Shown piece by piece: positions 37,774 to 49,404 of a stretch of DNA of 64,000 nucleotides. Origin of the DNA: Chlorokybus atmophyticus (lineage: Eukaryota; Plantae; Mesostigma and Chlorokybus algae); the NCBI GenBank assembly GCA_009103225.1, contig RHPI01002048.1, positions 1 through 64,000 on the forward strand. Reading direction: 5' to 3'. The first letter of the stretch is position 1, and the number at the start of each line of letters is the position of its first letter. The notes beneath the pieces were generated by a model. It was not told the origin of the DNA, did not search any database, and saw only the letters and a list, made by a program, of their open reading frames with translations. Made by a program: the position numbers and the translations under genes.

Positions 37774-39315
37774 TCAACAAGCAGGCGCATGCGCGCATTG
37801 CATGGTCGATGTGCCTTGCGCACTGCGCAAGCCGTATTGTCCTGTCCGGAACGAAACGTCTGCAGCAATCGGGATACCCGCCGCAGAATATATCGCCCCA
37901 CCAACAAAGGTGTTCTGATTCCACAATAACAACACCAGGTAAACCCGCTGACTGCATCCCCCCACCCTCACCACCAACTCCTTACTCTAACCTTTATCGG
38001 TGTCCGTACTTGCGTCCCCTTCACCACCATTCCTCATCCTCATCGTCCCCTTCCCCACCCCACCCACATTCCCCCCCATGCCTCCTCCCCATCCATCTCC
38101 AGCACACCCCTCTCACATCCACATCCCTCCTCACAATTATCGGGCAGCAGCCGAGGCAGTGGGGGGAGATTGTGGGTGTGAGTTGGGTCGGTAGGTCTTC
38201 ACCACAACCGCGAAGATGATGCGCATGTGCGTGGGTGCGTGGGTGTGGGTCATCACAGGCTGCTTTTACCTTACCTTCGCGGGCTGTGTTGTATAAGCCG
38301 AGGTGAAGACGGATTCCAACAAGGGGGGAAGCAAGTAGGAGTCAGTCCAGGACCGACACGTTGTCAGCAAGCTGTGGGATGCACATGCGTCCCTGTGTAC
38401 CCGTGTTGGCGTGCTTGGGTGCGTGTCTCTTACTTATCTGGGTTGAAGGATGATGCTGGCCCGCAGCTGTCTCCGGCGTCAACGTGGCCGCCACACGATG
38501 AAAGCTCTCTCCTTATCAGCGGACACGACACCGGGAAAACGTTACTGCTCCTCATGTCAACTGTCAATGAGACACGCCTGTGTGCGAGTGCGTGTGTGCG
38601 TTTGTTGTGTTGGTGGGTTAAATGTTGTGAATGTCTTTCTTTGTGACAATACTCGCCAGTGAAGGTTGTTTTGAGAGCGTCGGCAAGGAAACCAAAGTTC
38701 CAGCAGCGAAACAACGACCCAAGCGTCACAAACTCAGCCGGTGGTTTGACTATCGTAGACCCTGACACGCCAACAACACACATTATTCATCACAACAACT
38801 GCGTGCGCGTGTAGCCACAAATCCTTACGTTTGGGTCCCCCATTCTGGAAAAGGTTGCTTTGGTGAGGCATTCCGGTACGTGTATGGAGAAGAAGCTTGC
38901 GAGGCGTGCGGGGCGACTAGTTGTCTTGCGGGTGACCGTGTACGTAAAGGTGGTCCTGCCACCTGCTGCTGTGGACACTGAGGAGGCGTGGGTGTAGGCG
39001 ACGGACTCCGTCGCCTCGTTGGACACAAAATTTGAGCTGCAAGCAGCTATGGAGAAAGAGAGAGTGTTACATATAGGAGGCTGCACGCACACGCACACGG
39101 GTATGCACACACCTGCACGCACACACGTACACGCCTGCATGTGTGACAGATGTAGAGGACATGACGGGTGATCATATGACTTACATGCTATCACCTTCGG
39201 TTGTGTGGAGCAAGGTGAGGGACAGCAGGGTCACAACAAGCAGCAAGCAGGCCTGTGTGTGAAGAGACATGTTGCTTCGACCACATAACCACATCATGTC
39301 ACCGTGCATCACCAT
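37774..39315 (-). CDS. Hypothetical secreted Cys-containing protein (multi-exon; one junction unresolved)
   Basis: ATG followed by an intron, then signal peptide ACLLLVVTLLSLTLLHTTEA. Most later exons join in phase with GT-AG sites. The 38829/38761 junction is out of phase with the best donor. Confidence 0.5.
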
Positions 39316-41808
39316 GGCTTTCTTGGCCAAGTCGAGTCAAGTCAGGGTCTCCAGCATGCAAAACAAACTGACCTGCATGCGGGCACAACAGAATCAGAGA
39401 GCGAACAGCAGCTGATGACTGATGCAAGTAAGCAACATGTCGGGAAGTATCACGACTCACCTCTCTCTTGGCCGACAGGCAGGGCACCAGTGCTGACATG
39501 CAGGACTGTGCATGATTACCTGCTGTGCGTACGCATCTGCAGTTCACCTGCTTTCCCCCGACACAGAAGAAGCAAACTTTCCTGCATGCTTGCGTTGTCA
39601 TGCTGTTTGTGGTGTTAGGTATGCTGGTGAGTGAACATGCAGCAAGGTATAGCGGCAACCGTGCAGAAGAAAACAACGCTCAACCGTTGCCAAAGGCCTA
39701 AGTTAAGGGTTATCACAAAGCATAACAAGCCGTCTTTAGCGTATACGTCGATGTGTCTGTAGAGTACCGTACAGCATGCTGTGTGTATTGTGCTGTTAGC
39801 ATCTGCTGCCGAATAATGGGCACTCCTTAGCGTTTTGTCTGTCAAGTCGACATGTTTGTGAGCAGCGAGCATCTGATGTGTTATGTTGCATGAAGTCCTT
39901 GACGAGTACACATACAGTGCAGCAAAGATACGGTGACCATGTTGACTACCATGCATCAAAGCACCTTTGCCTGCAGCTGCTGCCGTACGCATACACTGTG
40001 TGCATGTGTACACACACGTGCATGTGCAATCGAGACAAGCCCGTCCCTCCCAAGGGGGGAGGAGGGGGGCTACCCATGTGGCCACGCATAAGGTAATTGG
40101 TAAGGCGGATGTGCACCCTCCGTGGAGCATGGGTACTAACACTGCTGATTGGGCGATGTGTACAATATGTATATGCGCGCGCTCGTGAGCGTGTGAACGC
40201 CCGTCCGTCACACGCAGCAATACTGCATGATGTGACTGACAGTTGTGCGAGGGCAGTGTGCATTACCCACAAGCTGGTGACGGCATGCACAGGCATGCAA
40301 TCGACAGCATACTATGCAGGATTTCACCAGTTGAAGAGCACGACAAGATACTCAATGGCTAGAGCGTAAAGGGGCTCAGTCTCCGAGCGTATGTGCTATG
40401 CACTGGCTAGAAGCTCCTCCGCATGTTGTTCGAGACGAGAGGGAGGTATGTCGGTATATAGACCTGATGGATTGTCTGGCACACGCAAACACACAGTGTG
40501 CAAGCCAATCTTGGATTTGCCTGTGCACTACAGCGAGCTCAGGGTGTGGCTGCGTCGGAGAGAGCGATGACATCCGTGAGTGCATCTTCCGGGTTGGCTG
40601 CCACTGCGACCTGCTCCTATGACGACCCTGTCCGACGTGGCAGTGCTCTTGGCGTGAGGCCTACGCAGCTTATGCGCGCTAGCGTTCATGGCTGTATTGT
40701 CATGTGTCTTCGCGTTGCGTTTGTTGTTTTTGGTTTGCGTTGTTGTGTTAGCGTTATGGCTTTTGCACTGGGACCTTGTGAGCGTTTTACATAAAGCGGT
40801 CGGACTCTGAATGTGCTGAATCAGGTCTCCGCCCTCGTCCTGTTACATGTGACAATGCATGGCCTCACGTCGCATGGTAGGCCTTGCTTTGTTCAAGTTG
40901 GTATGATGTGTGTTTTGCAATTGCATGCTTTGCCTTTGCGAGTGATCACTGTGCGCTCCGTATGCACATGGCCTGACTTAGACTGCTACTACTCGCACGG
41001 TGAAAACACACGGCACACCACTAGAAGTGTATCATGTTACCATCTGCAAGCAACACGAGTGTGTACAACCCCGTACCAAGCGGTGCGCGCATATTATGAG
41101 AATTTTCACCACTTCAAACAAAAGGATTAGATAGAGCAAACTTACAGAAAACTGCAGAGGAAAATGAAGACAAAAAGTCTTGTTGTAAAAATCATCTTTT
41201 ATTTACTGCACTTGACTTTCATTATGGGTACCACCTGAAACCTTTTCAAATTCGATAGTGAAATCATTATACGCCATATGTATTGCTGTAATAATAGGTG
41301 AGAGACATTGTCTTTGTCAAGTTTTAACAATCAACTTATTAATCTTTCTTTCATTTTACTCTACTTCACATAGCGTTCAAGAAACCTGCCAAATACTACT
41401 ACAGCGCAACTAATACATCCCTAGCCTGACTGGCAGGCAAACAAGACAATCACCACACTTGCATTGGCATTGTTGCCTTTTGAATTGTGGCAAGCTTTGC
41501 CTGTGACAACAAGCACATCGACTGGTTTGAATGCAATGCGAATGAGATCTACAAGGCAGCACATTCCAATTAGCGAGCGCGAGTGATAATGGTGGACTAA
41601 CAGATGGATGAATGGTGGCTACCCTGCGCAAGTTACCTAACCACAACAAGACCTCAGCAATGCTGTCACGGTGAAGCAGCAAAGTGAAGCACACAGCCAG
41701 CATGCTTGCAGCGTTGCCAAAGCCAAACATGAACTACAACTCGCTAGCAGGATGTTAGCGAGTCTAAGCTGCGCGCACTAACCCAACATGCATCTTGCCT
41801 CAACAGCT

Positions 41809-44800
41809 TCAACTCTCCTTGTTTATTTGAAAACGGGGCTTGCTTCGCGCACCAGCTGCCTCCACGCATGTCAATGACAGCTCCTGGCCGACGTAGTTGC
41901 CGTGGACATTAAGGCCCTGCCAAACAGACGCATGTAGTTCACAACTGACGAAACAACTGCGCGATGACGCACTTGCCATGGAGAACACATCCAGCAGAAC
42001 GAACATGCATGTCAACCAAAGGTCCAAAAGCTTGTTTTGGGAGTTTACTTACAGGAGTTGTGACAACAATGCCTTCCACCGGTCGCCCTTCAATGCGGAG
42101 CCCGACGACGAGTGAAGACCGCGTCACTCGCTTGACCACCGCAGCATATTGCTTTCCAACAGCCGCTTCAGCCGGGTTGTGAGCGGCATGCTGCGCCGAC
42201 TCACCGGACTGTTGTTGTGATTGTTGCTCGGCGCCGTCCTTGTTCCTTCCTATGCTTTGCAGTCGCTGGCCGAAGCTGCGAGCAAAGCTATGCGGCTCGT
42301 CGGCCCTGTTGAATGCGTCCCTGCCTTGCTGTTCGGATGACTCATTTGATGATACAGTACCATTAGCTAGACTTGAGGAAGCTTCCCTCAAACCGCCTGA
42401 CGATGGCAAAAGCGTCTTGCGTGACAGGCGAACGTTGCCGCGTATGTCGCGGCCAATGCATTGGACGGTCAGCTCTTGCCCGATCGACAGCACATCCTCC
42501 ACGCGTATAACCTGCATGTATGCATCATGGGCACCAACACCAACACCAACACCAACACCAACACCAACACCAACACCAACACCAACATCATCGTCATCAG
42601 CATCACAACTTAATACTTCATCGTCCAACTTACCCGTTCATGGTCAAGTTCTGATATGTGCAGCAAGGCTTGTCGGCCTGACGGGAACTCCACAAACGCG
42701 CCGTAGTCTTTAATGGCGACGACGTTCACGTTGTACTTCTCGCCGACTTCCAACTCCTTGCCAGCCACTTCTTCGACTCGCTTCTTGACAGATGCGTAGA
42801 GCTCGGCGGAGGGCGCGAAGATGCTGACTGTGCCGTCCTCGGACACAGTCAGCTTCGCCCCGTACGCGGCCTCCATGGCTTTGATGTTGGAGCCGCTCGG
42901 GCCGATGATGCGGCCGAGGAACTCCTTGTCGATGCTGATGCGGCCGAAGCGCGGCGCGCTGTCCTTGAACGACTCCTCAGGACGCGCGATCGCCGCCTCC
43001 ATCTGATCGAGGAGACGAAGCCTTGCAGACTGTGCGTTGTGCATGCCTTCAACGAGCACCTGCACCAACAAACCGGCACGTTACACACAACACGCACCCA
43101 ATGCCAATGGCAAGTGACTAACACACGTGCAAGCCATGCCACGCATGCACGCGCACACACACAGCACACATACGCACAAGCATCATCCCCCCCCNNNNNN
43201 NNNNNNNNNNNNNNNNNNNNNNNNNNNNNNNNNNNNNNNNNNNNNNNNNNNNNNNNNNNNNNNNNNNNNNNNNNNNNNNNNNNNNNNNNNNNNNNNNNNN
43301 NNNNNNNNNNNNNNNNNNNNNNNNNNNNNNNNNNNNNNNNNNNNNNNNNNNNNNNNNNNNNNNNNNNNNNNNNNNNNNNNNNNNNNNNNNNNNNNNNNNN
43401 NNNNNNNNNNNNNNNNNNNNNNNNNNNNNNNNNNNACATTAACTCATGTTGCTGACCTCAATGGGAATGCCGGGGAGTTTGACATCCAGTTGGATGGCTG
43501 TGACACCTTTGCGCGTGCCTGCGACTTTGTAGTCCATGTCGCCAAAGTGGTCCTCAATGCCCAGGATGTCCGTGATCAGCTTGTAGTTCTGAATCTTGTT
43601 GGTCCAAGGGTCCATGTCGGCGACGAGGCCGATGGAGATGCCGGCCACGTGCTCCTTGATGGGCACGCCGGCGTTCATGAGCGCCATGCTGCCGCCGCAC
43701 ACGGTCGCCATTGAGCTCGAACCATCCGAAGCGAGCACCATCGAGTTGAGCCTAATGGAGAATGGGAACTCGTCTATTGAGGGCATGACAGCTACAAGGG
43801 ACTTCTCCGCCAACATGCCTGGCATCAAATTGAGAAGTGATACGCGAGTAAGCTCGTGAGGACAACATGCATGAACAACACACATAGCTCAAGACACTTT
43901 ACCGTGGCCGATCTCTCTTCGGTTGACGCCGCCAAGCTTGCCGACTTCGTTCACGGAGAATGGCGGAAACCCGTAGTGGACGTAGAATGGCTTCGACGGG
44001 GGTCCGACAAGCGCATTCGATCGCAAGCTGTCGTCAAGGCCGCCCAGAGTCACAGTACACAATGTCTGCATGGACGCAAGACAGGTTGAGAAGGAGAGTT
44101 GAACCTTGCGCTTTGTGCAGGGAACGACATAGCACTGAGAGAGATGCAACATACGGCACTGGTGATGGTAAGTGTGATGTGCTTATTTTAAGTTGGTGTG
44201 GTTCATGCCTGTGTGCTACCCCTGGAGAACAATGAAGACCCGTGCACAATTGGCAGGATGTCGGGCTCGCATTGGATATCGCGGATCTCTTGCAGCTGGC
44301 GGCCGTCGCAACGCACGCCGTTCTGCAGCACATTGTTACGGAGTACCTGCACGTCATCCAGGTGAGTAACAGCCCAAGTGCAATGGTGCGCTGGCAAGCA
44401 TTGCCGATGAAACAAAAGCTTGAAGCCAGCACCTTGGATTGCAGCGCGGATACTGCGGCAGTAGTTTCTGCAACATCAATGTGGCGAACGGCCTCTATGG
44501 TTGAAGTATGCATCTGCGAAAGAGCTTTGCTTCGACCTGCCTATAAAACGTCGGTTACAAGGTAAGTGATGGCACGACATACTCACACAAAGGCGCGCGG
44601 CGCGACAGACAGTGCGCATGATGCAGTTCTCTTTACTATGCAAATGGCTGTACATACAGTGCGAGCCCATTTTGCTATGAGGGATGGCGACCATGCATGC
44701 ACCATGTACCTTGTCTAAAGATCCATCCATTAAGATCTGTTCCACAGTGTCATTCGCGTAGGCCTCTACCCGCTGACTAATCAGATCCGGCACCTGGAAG

Positions 44801-46931
44801 AACTTCATCTCCCGCTTCGGCTTGCCGAGGCTGGCAGCCAATGCATGCTGTGGCTCTAGAAGCTTTGTAGCCTGCGAAGGAGATGTGCGTGTTACAGTTA
44901 GCAATAAATATCCCACAAGTGAATGAGTCAAGTCACGGGCTTTGCACCTCAGAGTGTGCAAACTTGAATGCCGACGCGATGGTCGACTCCGGCAGGCTCT
45001 CTGCCGATGCTTCCACCATGACGGCATCATCCCGCGTGCAAGCGTACACCAAGTTGAGGTCGCTGTCCTCCATCTGCACCAGCACAAAGCAACATGAAAA
45101 TGAGGGCAAGCACGCTTGTCACTACTACAATTATGCTGTGTGGGTGATACTAAGCAACGTGGCAATGTGTGCCACTACTTGTGGGTACCTGCTTGGTGTT
45201 TGGGTTGACCACAAAGTCGCCATTTATCCTGCCTATCCTGACTGCACCAATGGGCCCGGCCCAAGGAAGACCTGACGTGAGCAGCGCTGCAGACGCGCCG
45301 TTTATGCACAGGACATCCGGGTCTTGCAGTGCGTCCGCACACAGCACCGATGCCACAATCTGCGCATGACACCTTGTCATGAACACATACACACAACAAC
45401 ATAGCTCCTGCCAGCAGTGATCAAGGCCAAAGGTATGTGTACCTGCGTTTCATAGTAAAAACCCTTTGGGAAAAGCGGTCGGACAGCTCGGTCGATGACT
45501 CGACTGCAAAGAACCTCACGATCCTTTGGTGCGCCCTCTCGCCGCAGAAACGTGTTGGGTATCCTGCCAATGGCATATGCGGGCTCCCTATACTCCACCT
45601 GAGTTCGTAGCCAGCCAACATCATTTGTGAGACCAGACACGCCCTGAGCAATAGCACGTGTACAAACCCAAGCAGGACACTGGTTGATATACAGCACAAG
45701 TAAGGAGACTATGTATGCTGTGAGACTTCATGCAATGTAGTGGCGTGTACCTGTAGTGGGAGGAAGTCACGGTCGCGCGAGTATGAGGGGTCAACTACCA
45801 CTGTAACTAACACGTGCGTGTCTCCATACCTAACTAACACTGATCCATCCGCCAATTTGGCCAATTTGCCGCTTTCATACCCGAATGTGCTCCCCCCTAT
45901 CGTAACTTCTTCTACACATTGATCTGCAGGGTGATAGCAGGACATTGAGTATACGAGTAGTGTTATCATGACGAGAGCACTACACCAAGCGTACAAGGAT
46001 GCAGTCTTGCTTGATATATGGTTGTTGGGAAGGGGCCCCCACGCCCGGGGGGGGGGGGGGGGGNGGGGGGGGAGGGGGGCTTGCAAGTGTGCATGCGCGT
46101 ATGCACTCGTGCATATGTGCCTCCGCGACTACACGCTACGACACACGGCCTGTGCATGCGCATGTAGCCAACAGCGCACACGTGTTTTGTGCGCTGTTGG
46201 ATATATGCGCATGTACAGACGTGCTACCCACAGCTCTACCAGTTTGGTGATGTCAACATGCACGACTACACACCAGACAACTACCTGAAAGTAAAGTGAG
46301 ACCCCACCCCAACTGCTACTTGCTTGTTCCAACACACCCTATCCCATACGACTGTGTGCGTGCGAGCTGCGGCTAGACAGAGTGCAGGTAGGCAGTTCGT
46401 GTACACATGATGCTGCAGTCTTTGCTTATGTTGCACTCAACAGCTGCGAGATCATGAGTACAACCTCTCTGTGTGCTCAATGGCCCACCTTGCCACTTTG
46501 TGGGTGCGAGTTCAGAAGCAGCTGTTTGCAGCTGCCGCAAGGCCCCCAACACACCACCCCTGCGCAGCGATGGCCCAACCTGCACAATACGCTACAGCTG
46601 AGCAGCAGCTCAAGCAGTCAAAAGCAACCAATCGGAAGTAAACAAGGGGATTATACTACTGCTTGTGCTCACAGACAACTGCCTTCTGAAGTTCAATTAC
46701 CAACACAGCAAAGACTTGTGGTTACTAGCTGCTTGCAATGCTGAAACTTAGCAGAACAGCTGGCGTGCTTACCAACGGAGCAGCGCGCTGGCTTGTCGCA
46801 ACGCCACAAGCTCTAGTCGTGTAGCAGCTGCATGCACGCCCAGCGTGTTCGCAAATCCTAGCAGAGGCGTATTTAGAAGAGGCGAGGCGGGCAGCAGCTG
46901 ATGCTGCTGCTCTCCTAAGCGCCGCCGACAT
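41809..46931 (-). CDS. PNP2: Mitochondrial polyribonucleotide nucleotidyltransferase (PNPase, plant PNP2 type)
   Basis: Ala/Arg/Ser-rich presequence; RNase PH domains ([25 protein letters not shown]; [14 protein letters not shown]; [10 protein letters not shown]); KH ([12 protein letters not shown]); S1 ([10 protein letters not shown]...LLHISEL); a probable second S1 at the C-terminus. Confidence 0.95.
42532..42585. repeat. (CACCAA)9 hexanucleotide repeat in a PNPase intron
   Basis: Seen directly. It lies between the donor at about 42632 and the acceptor at about 42513. Confidence 0.92.
43195..43435. other. Assembly gap (N run) inside a PNPase intron, preceded by a C run
   Basis: Seen directly. 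Confidence 0.99.
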
Positions 46932-47441
46932 CACCAGGCCAGCACTGTTACTTACAGCTGTGTACTGCTATTCAGCATTGACCTCTAGCATGCCAGGCCT
47001 ACAACTCTCGCAACCCAAACAGCGTTGCTCTGCTATGCGTCTCTCTAACCGCTCCTGCCGCCAGCGCAAGACACCGTCGCCGCCGCCGCCGCCGCCGCCG
47101 CCGTTGTAGCGGACTGCTGGTTTGGCTGCTGTTTGACTTCCAGGCTCGTTCTCAGCCAACAGCCAAAGCTAGCAACTCAGAGCCAAAGATTTAACCATAA
47201 TACCTCGCTTGCGTTGGCGTCACATAGCCCAGTAGCCATAACTCGCTGGCTGGCTAGCGGCGGCGGCGGCGGTGGCGTGCGGGAGGGTGTACTGCACTGT
47301 GACATTGGCATCACTTGGACCTGGAGCTGATAGATCTTCGGGCTCTTACAATCATAAATTTCTTGTGCAGCACGGCAGCCGAGGCATGACAGCGGAGTGG
47401 TTTGTTAGCTAAGCCGGGCTGCTGGGCTACTGCTTGGTGCA
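46932..47441. promoter_or_regulatory. Probable bidirectional promoter between PNPase and the GON7-like gene
   Basis: Divergent ATGs about 510 bp apart, with GC-rich (GCC/GGC)n tracts in both 5' regions. Inferred from layout only. Confidence 0.5.
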
Positions 47442-48295
47442 ATGGCAGCAGTGCAGGGCAAGTTCACGTTTGAGGGCAAAGTGGAGCACACTTCCTCTGT
47501 GGCCGTGTCTTCAGGTGAGTCACAGTCACAGTACTAGCTTGTCTGCCTCTTCTCCTGCTGGATGTTGAGTTTGCCGCATACATAGCCTCTTTCCTTTATT
47601 CGCACATTTATTGTTGGCGTGTTATTACGTATGTTGCCAGCCGTTTAGAGGTGAAAGCCATTCCACGAGGGTTTTCTTGCCAACTTAGGCATGATGAGAG
47701 CTGCTGTAAGCTTGCATTGTGTGTGCAGGTGGCAAGCTGTCGGACGCGTTTGCGGAGTTGAAAGCGGATTGCATGCGCTTCCTGGGAGAGTACATTCAGC
47801 GGGAGTGCACTGACACGGGAACCACTGGTAAATGTCAAACTTATTAAGCAATGCATCTACATCTGCAAATAGCTCACCACAAGCATGTTGTGCACGCATC
47901 GGGCATGCGCTGTTGTGTACTGTCTTGGTTGTATGTGACATGCATGTGGTGCTGTGCAGACGAGGCAAATGACGACATGGACGTGCCACTTTCGGACGAG
48001 GAAGAGTTGGGTGAGAATGGGGAGGTACGCGCTGCTGCTGTAAAGAAGGGCATTGGAAAGCCAGTGCGGAAAAAGCAGAGGGTCAGTGCGTGTGACCCGC
48101 TCGCGAGTGTGTCTCGGCACTCCGACCCATCGCTTACAGCATCGTGCAGTATTGTTGATGACTGTACTATGCGGATCAGCAGTCCTAGGGGCATCACGAA
48201 TGCTATTGCATGCAAAGCACCTGGCATGCCTTGCGTTGACCGTGTGCTGATGGTGGCGTGTTGTAACAAATGGTCCTGGTTGTGCATAGGTCTGA
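47442..48295 (+). CDS. Small 99-aa acidic protein, candidate GON7-like KEOPS subunit
   Basis: In-phase exons 47442-47514, 47729-47827, 47960-48081 and 48290-48295 give MAAVQGKFTFEGKVEHTSSVAVSSGGKLSDAFAELKADCMRFLGEYIQRECTDTGTTDEANDDMDVPLSDEEELGENGEVRAAAVKKGIGKPVRKKQRV. The gene model is well supported; the family call is inference. Confidence 0.7.
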
Positions 48296-49404
48296 GGTAG
48301 ACAAAATGTGCGCATATGGCAGTTGAAGGTGCGGAGTGAACCCGCTGGAAGTGTTGATTAAAGCAGCAGGTAGGCGTTAGATCTTGGCAACGACACTGCC
48401 AGGGTCAAGTCATGCCATCACTTCTCTGCCTACCACCAAAAGACTGTTGCCAAGGTCGATGCTGCTTGAGAGGGTGCTATAGCACCAGTGCACTGGACTT
48501 GCTCTTATGCCATAGGTGCACTGCGAGGGTATGTATGCACCAGCGTAGCGAAGACGCACTCATGTTGTTGGGAGTTTTGACTCCTTTGCGACATTTACCA
48601 AAGTGCGGACAGACTGGCTTTGTTGGGTCCCAGACATGAGCGTCGTTTTAGTAATGAGAGTATTGCACTATGTGGACGCACTCATATACTGTGCGTGTTT
48701 AGCTTTCTTGGCATATGCGGCGCGGCACTGTGTCCATGTCCAATTGGCACAAGCCAAGATGACTTGCTGCCGAGCATGGGCACGTTGTCACATATGTACA
48801 AAAGATGCACGGCGGATCACGCACATGCAAACCACACAAACTCACATGGCATACACAACTTCCTCACACCATCTTCACCGTGCTTCCACATACGGCACCA
48901 CTGGGCTGTATGCTATCGTACGGCTACGCTGCGCGCTAAGCATCACACTGATTACTTCACCTACCCCGTTAAACATGCATGCATGGCAATGGCCTACAGT
49001 TATGCCCGCTTGCACGGGCAGGTAATAAATGTGTCACGTAGTGGTGCAGTAGCCTTGGTTGGCAACGTTTGAACCGACGCTAGTCTGTACTGCTACCCAA
49101 GCTAAAAGGTTTAAAGCTCTCCTTTCCACGCAAGCTCAGCATTGTGAGAAGCATCACCCTGCTCAGTGTTGTTGCAGACCTGATGCACACAGGGTCATGG
49201 CCAATGATACATAGCCATGAGAAATTATGAATGCTACGCAGCGCCTTCAACGACAATGACATTGCCCACCGCAAACGGCAAGTGTCCATGTAGCAGCTGT
49301 ACAACAACGCAGGCCCAACCCTACATCTATATAAGCAACGCATCTGTATCGCATCTGTATTTACCTATGCTAGTAGTACTATGCTAAGCAACATGTATTG
49401 TGCC

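Noticed and set aside
41939-42628. VG-repeat stretch in the PNPase ORF track
   Set aside because: The repeat is intronic, between canonical donor and acceptor sites.
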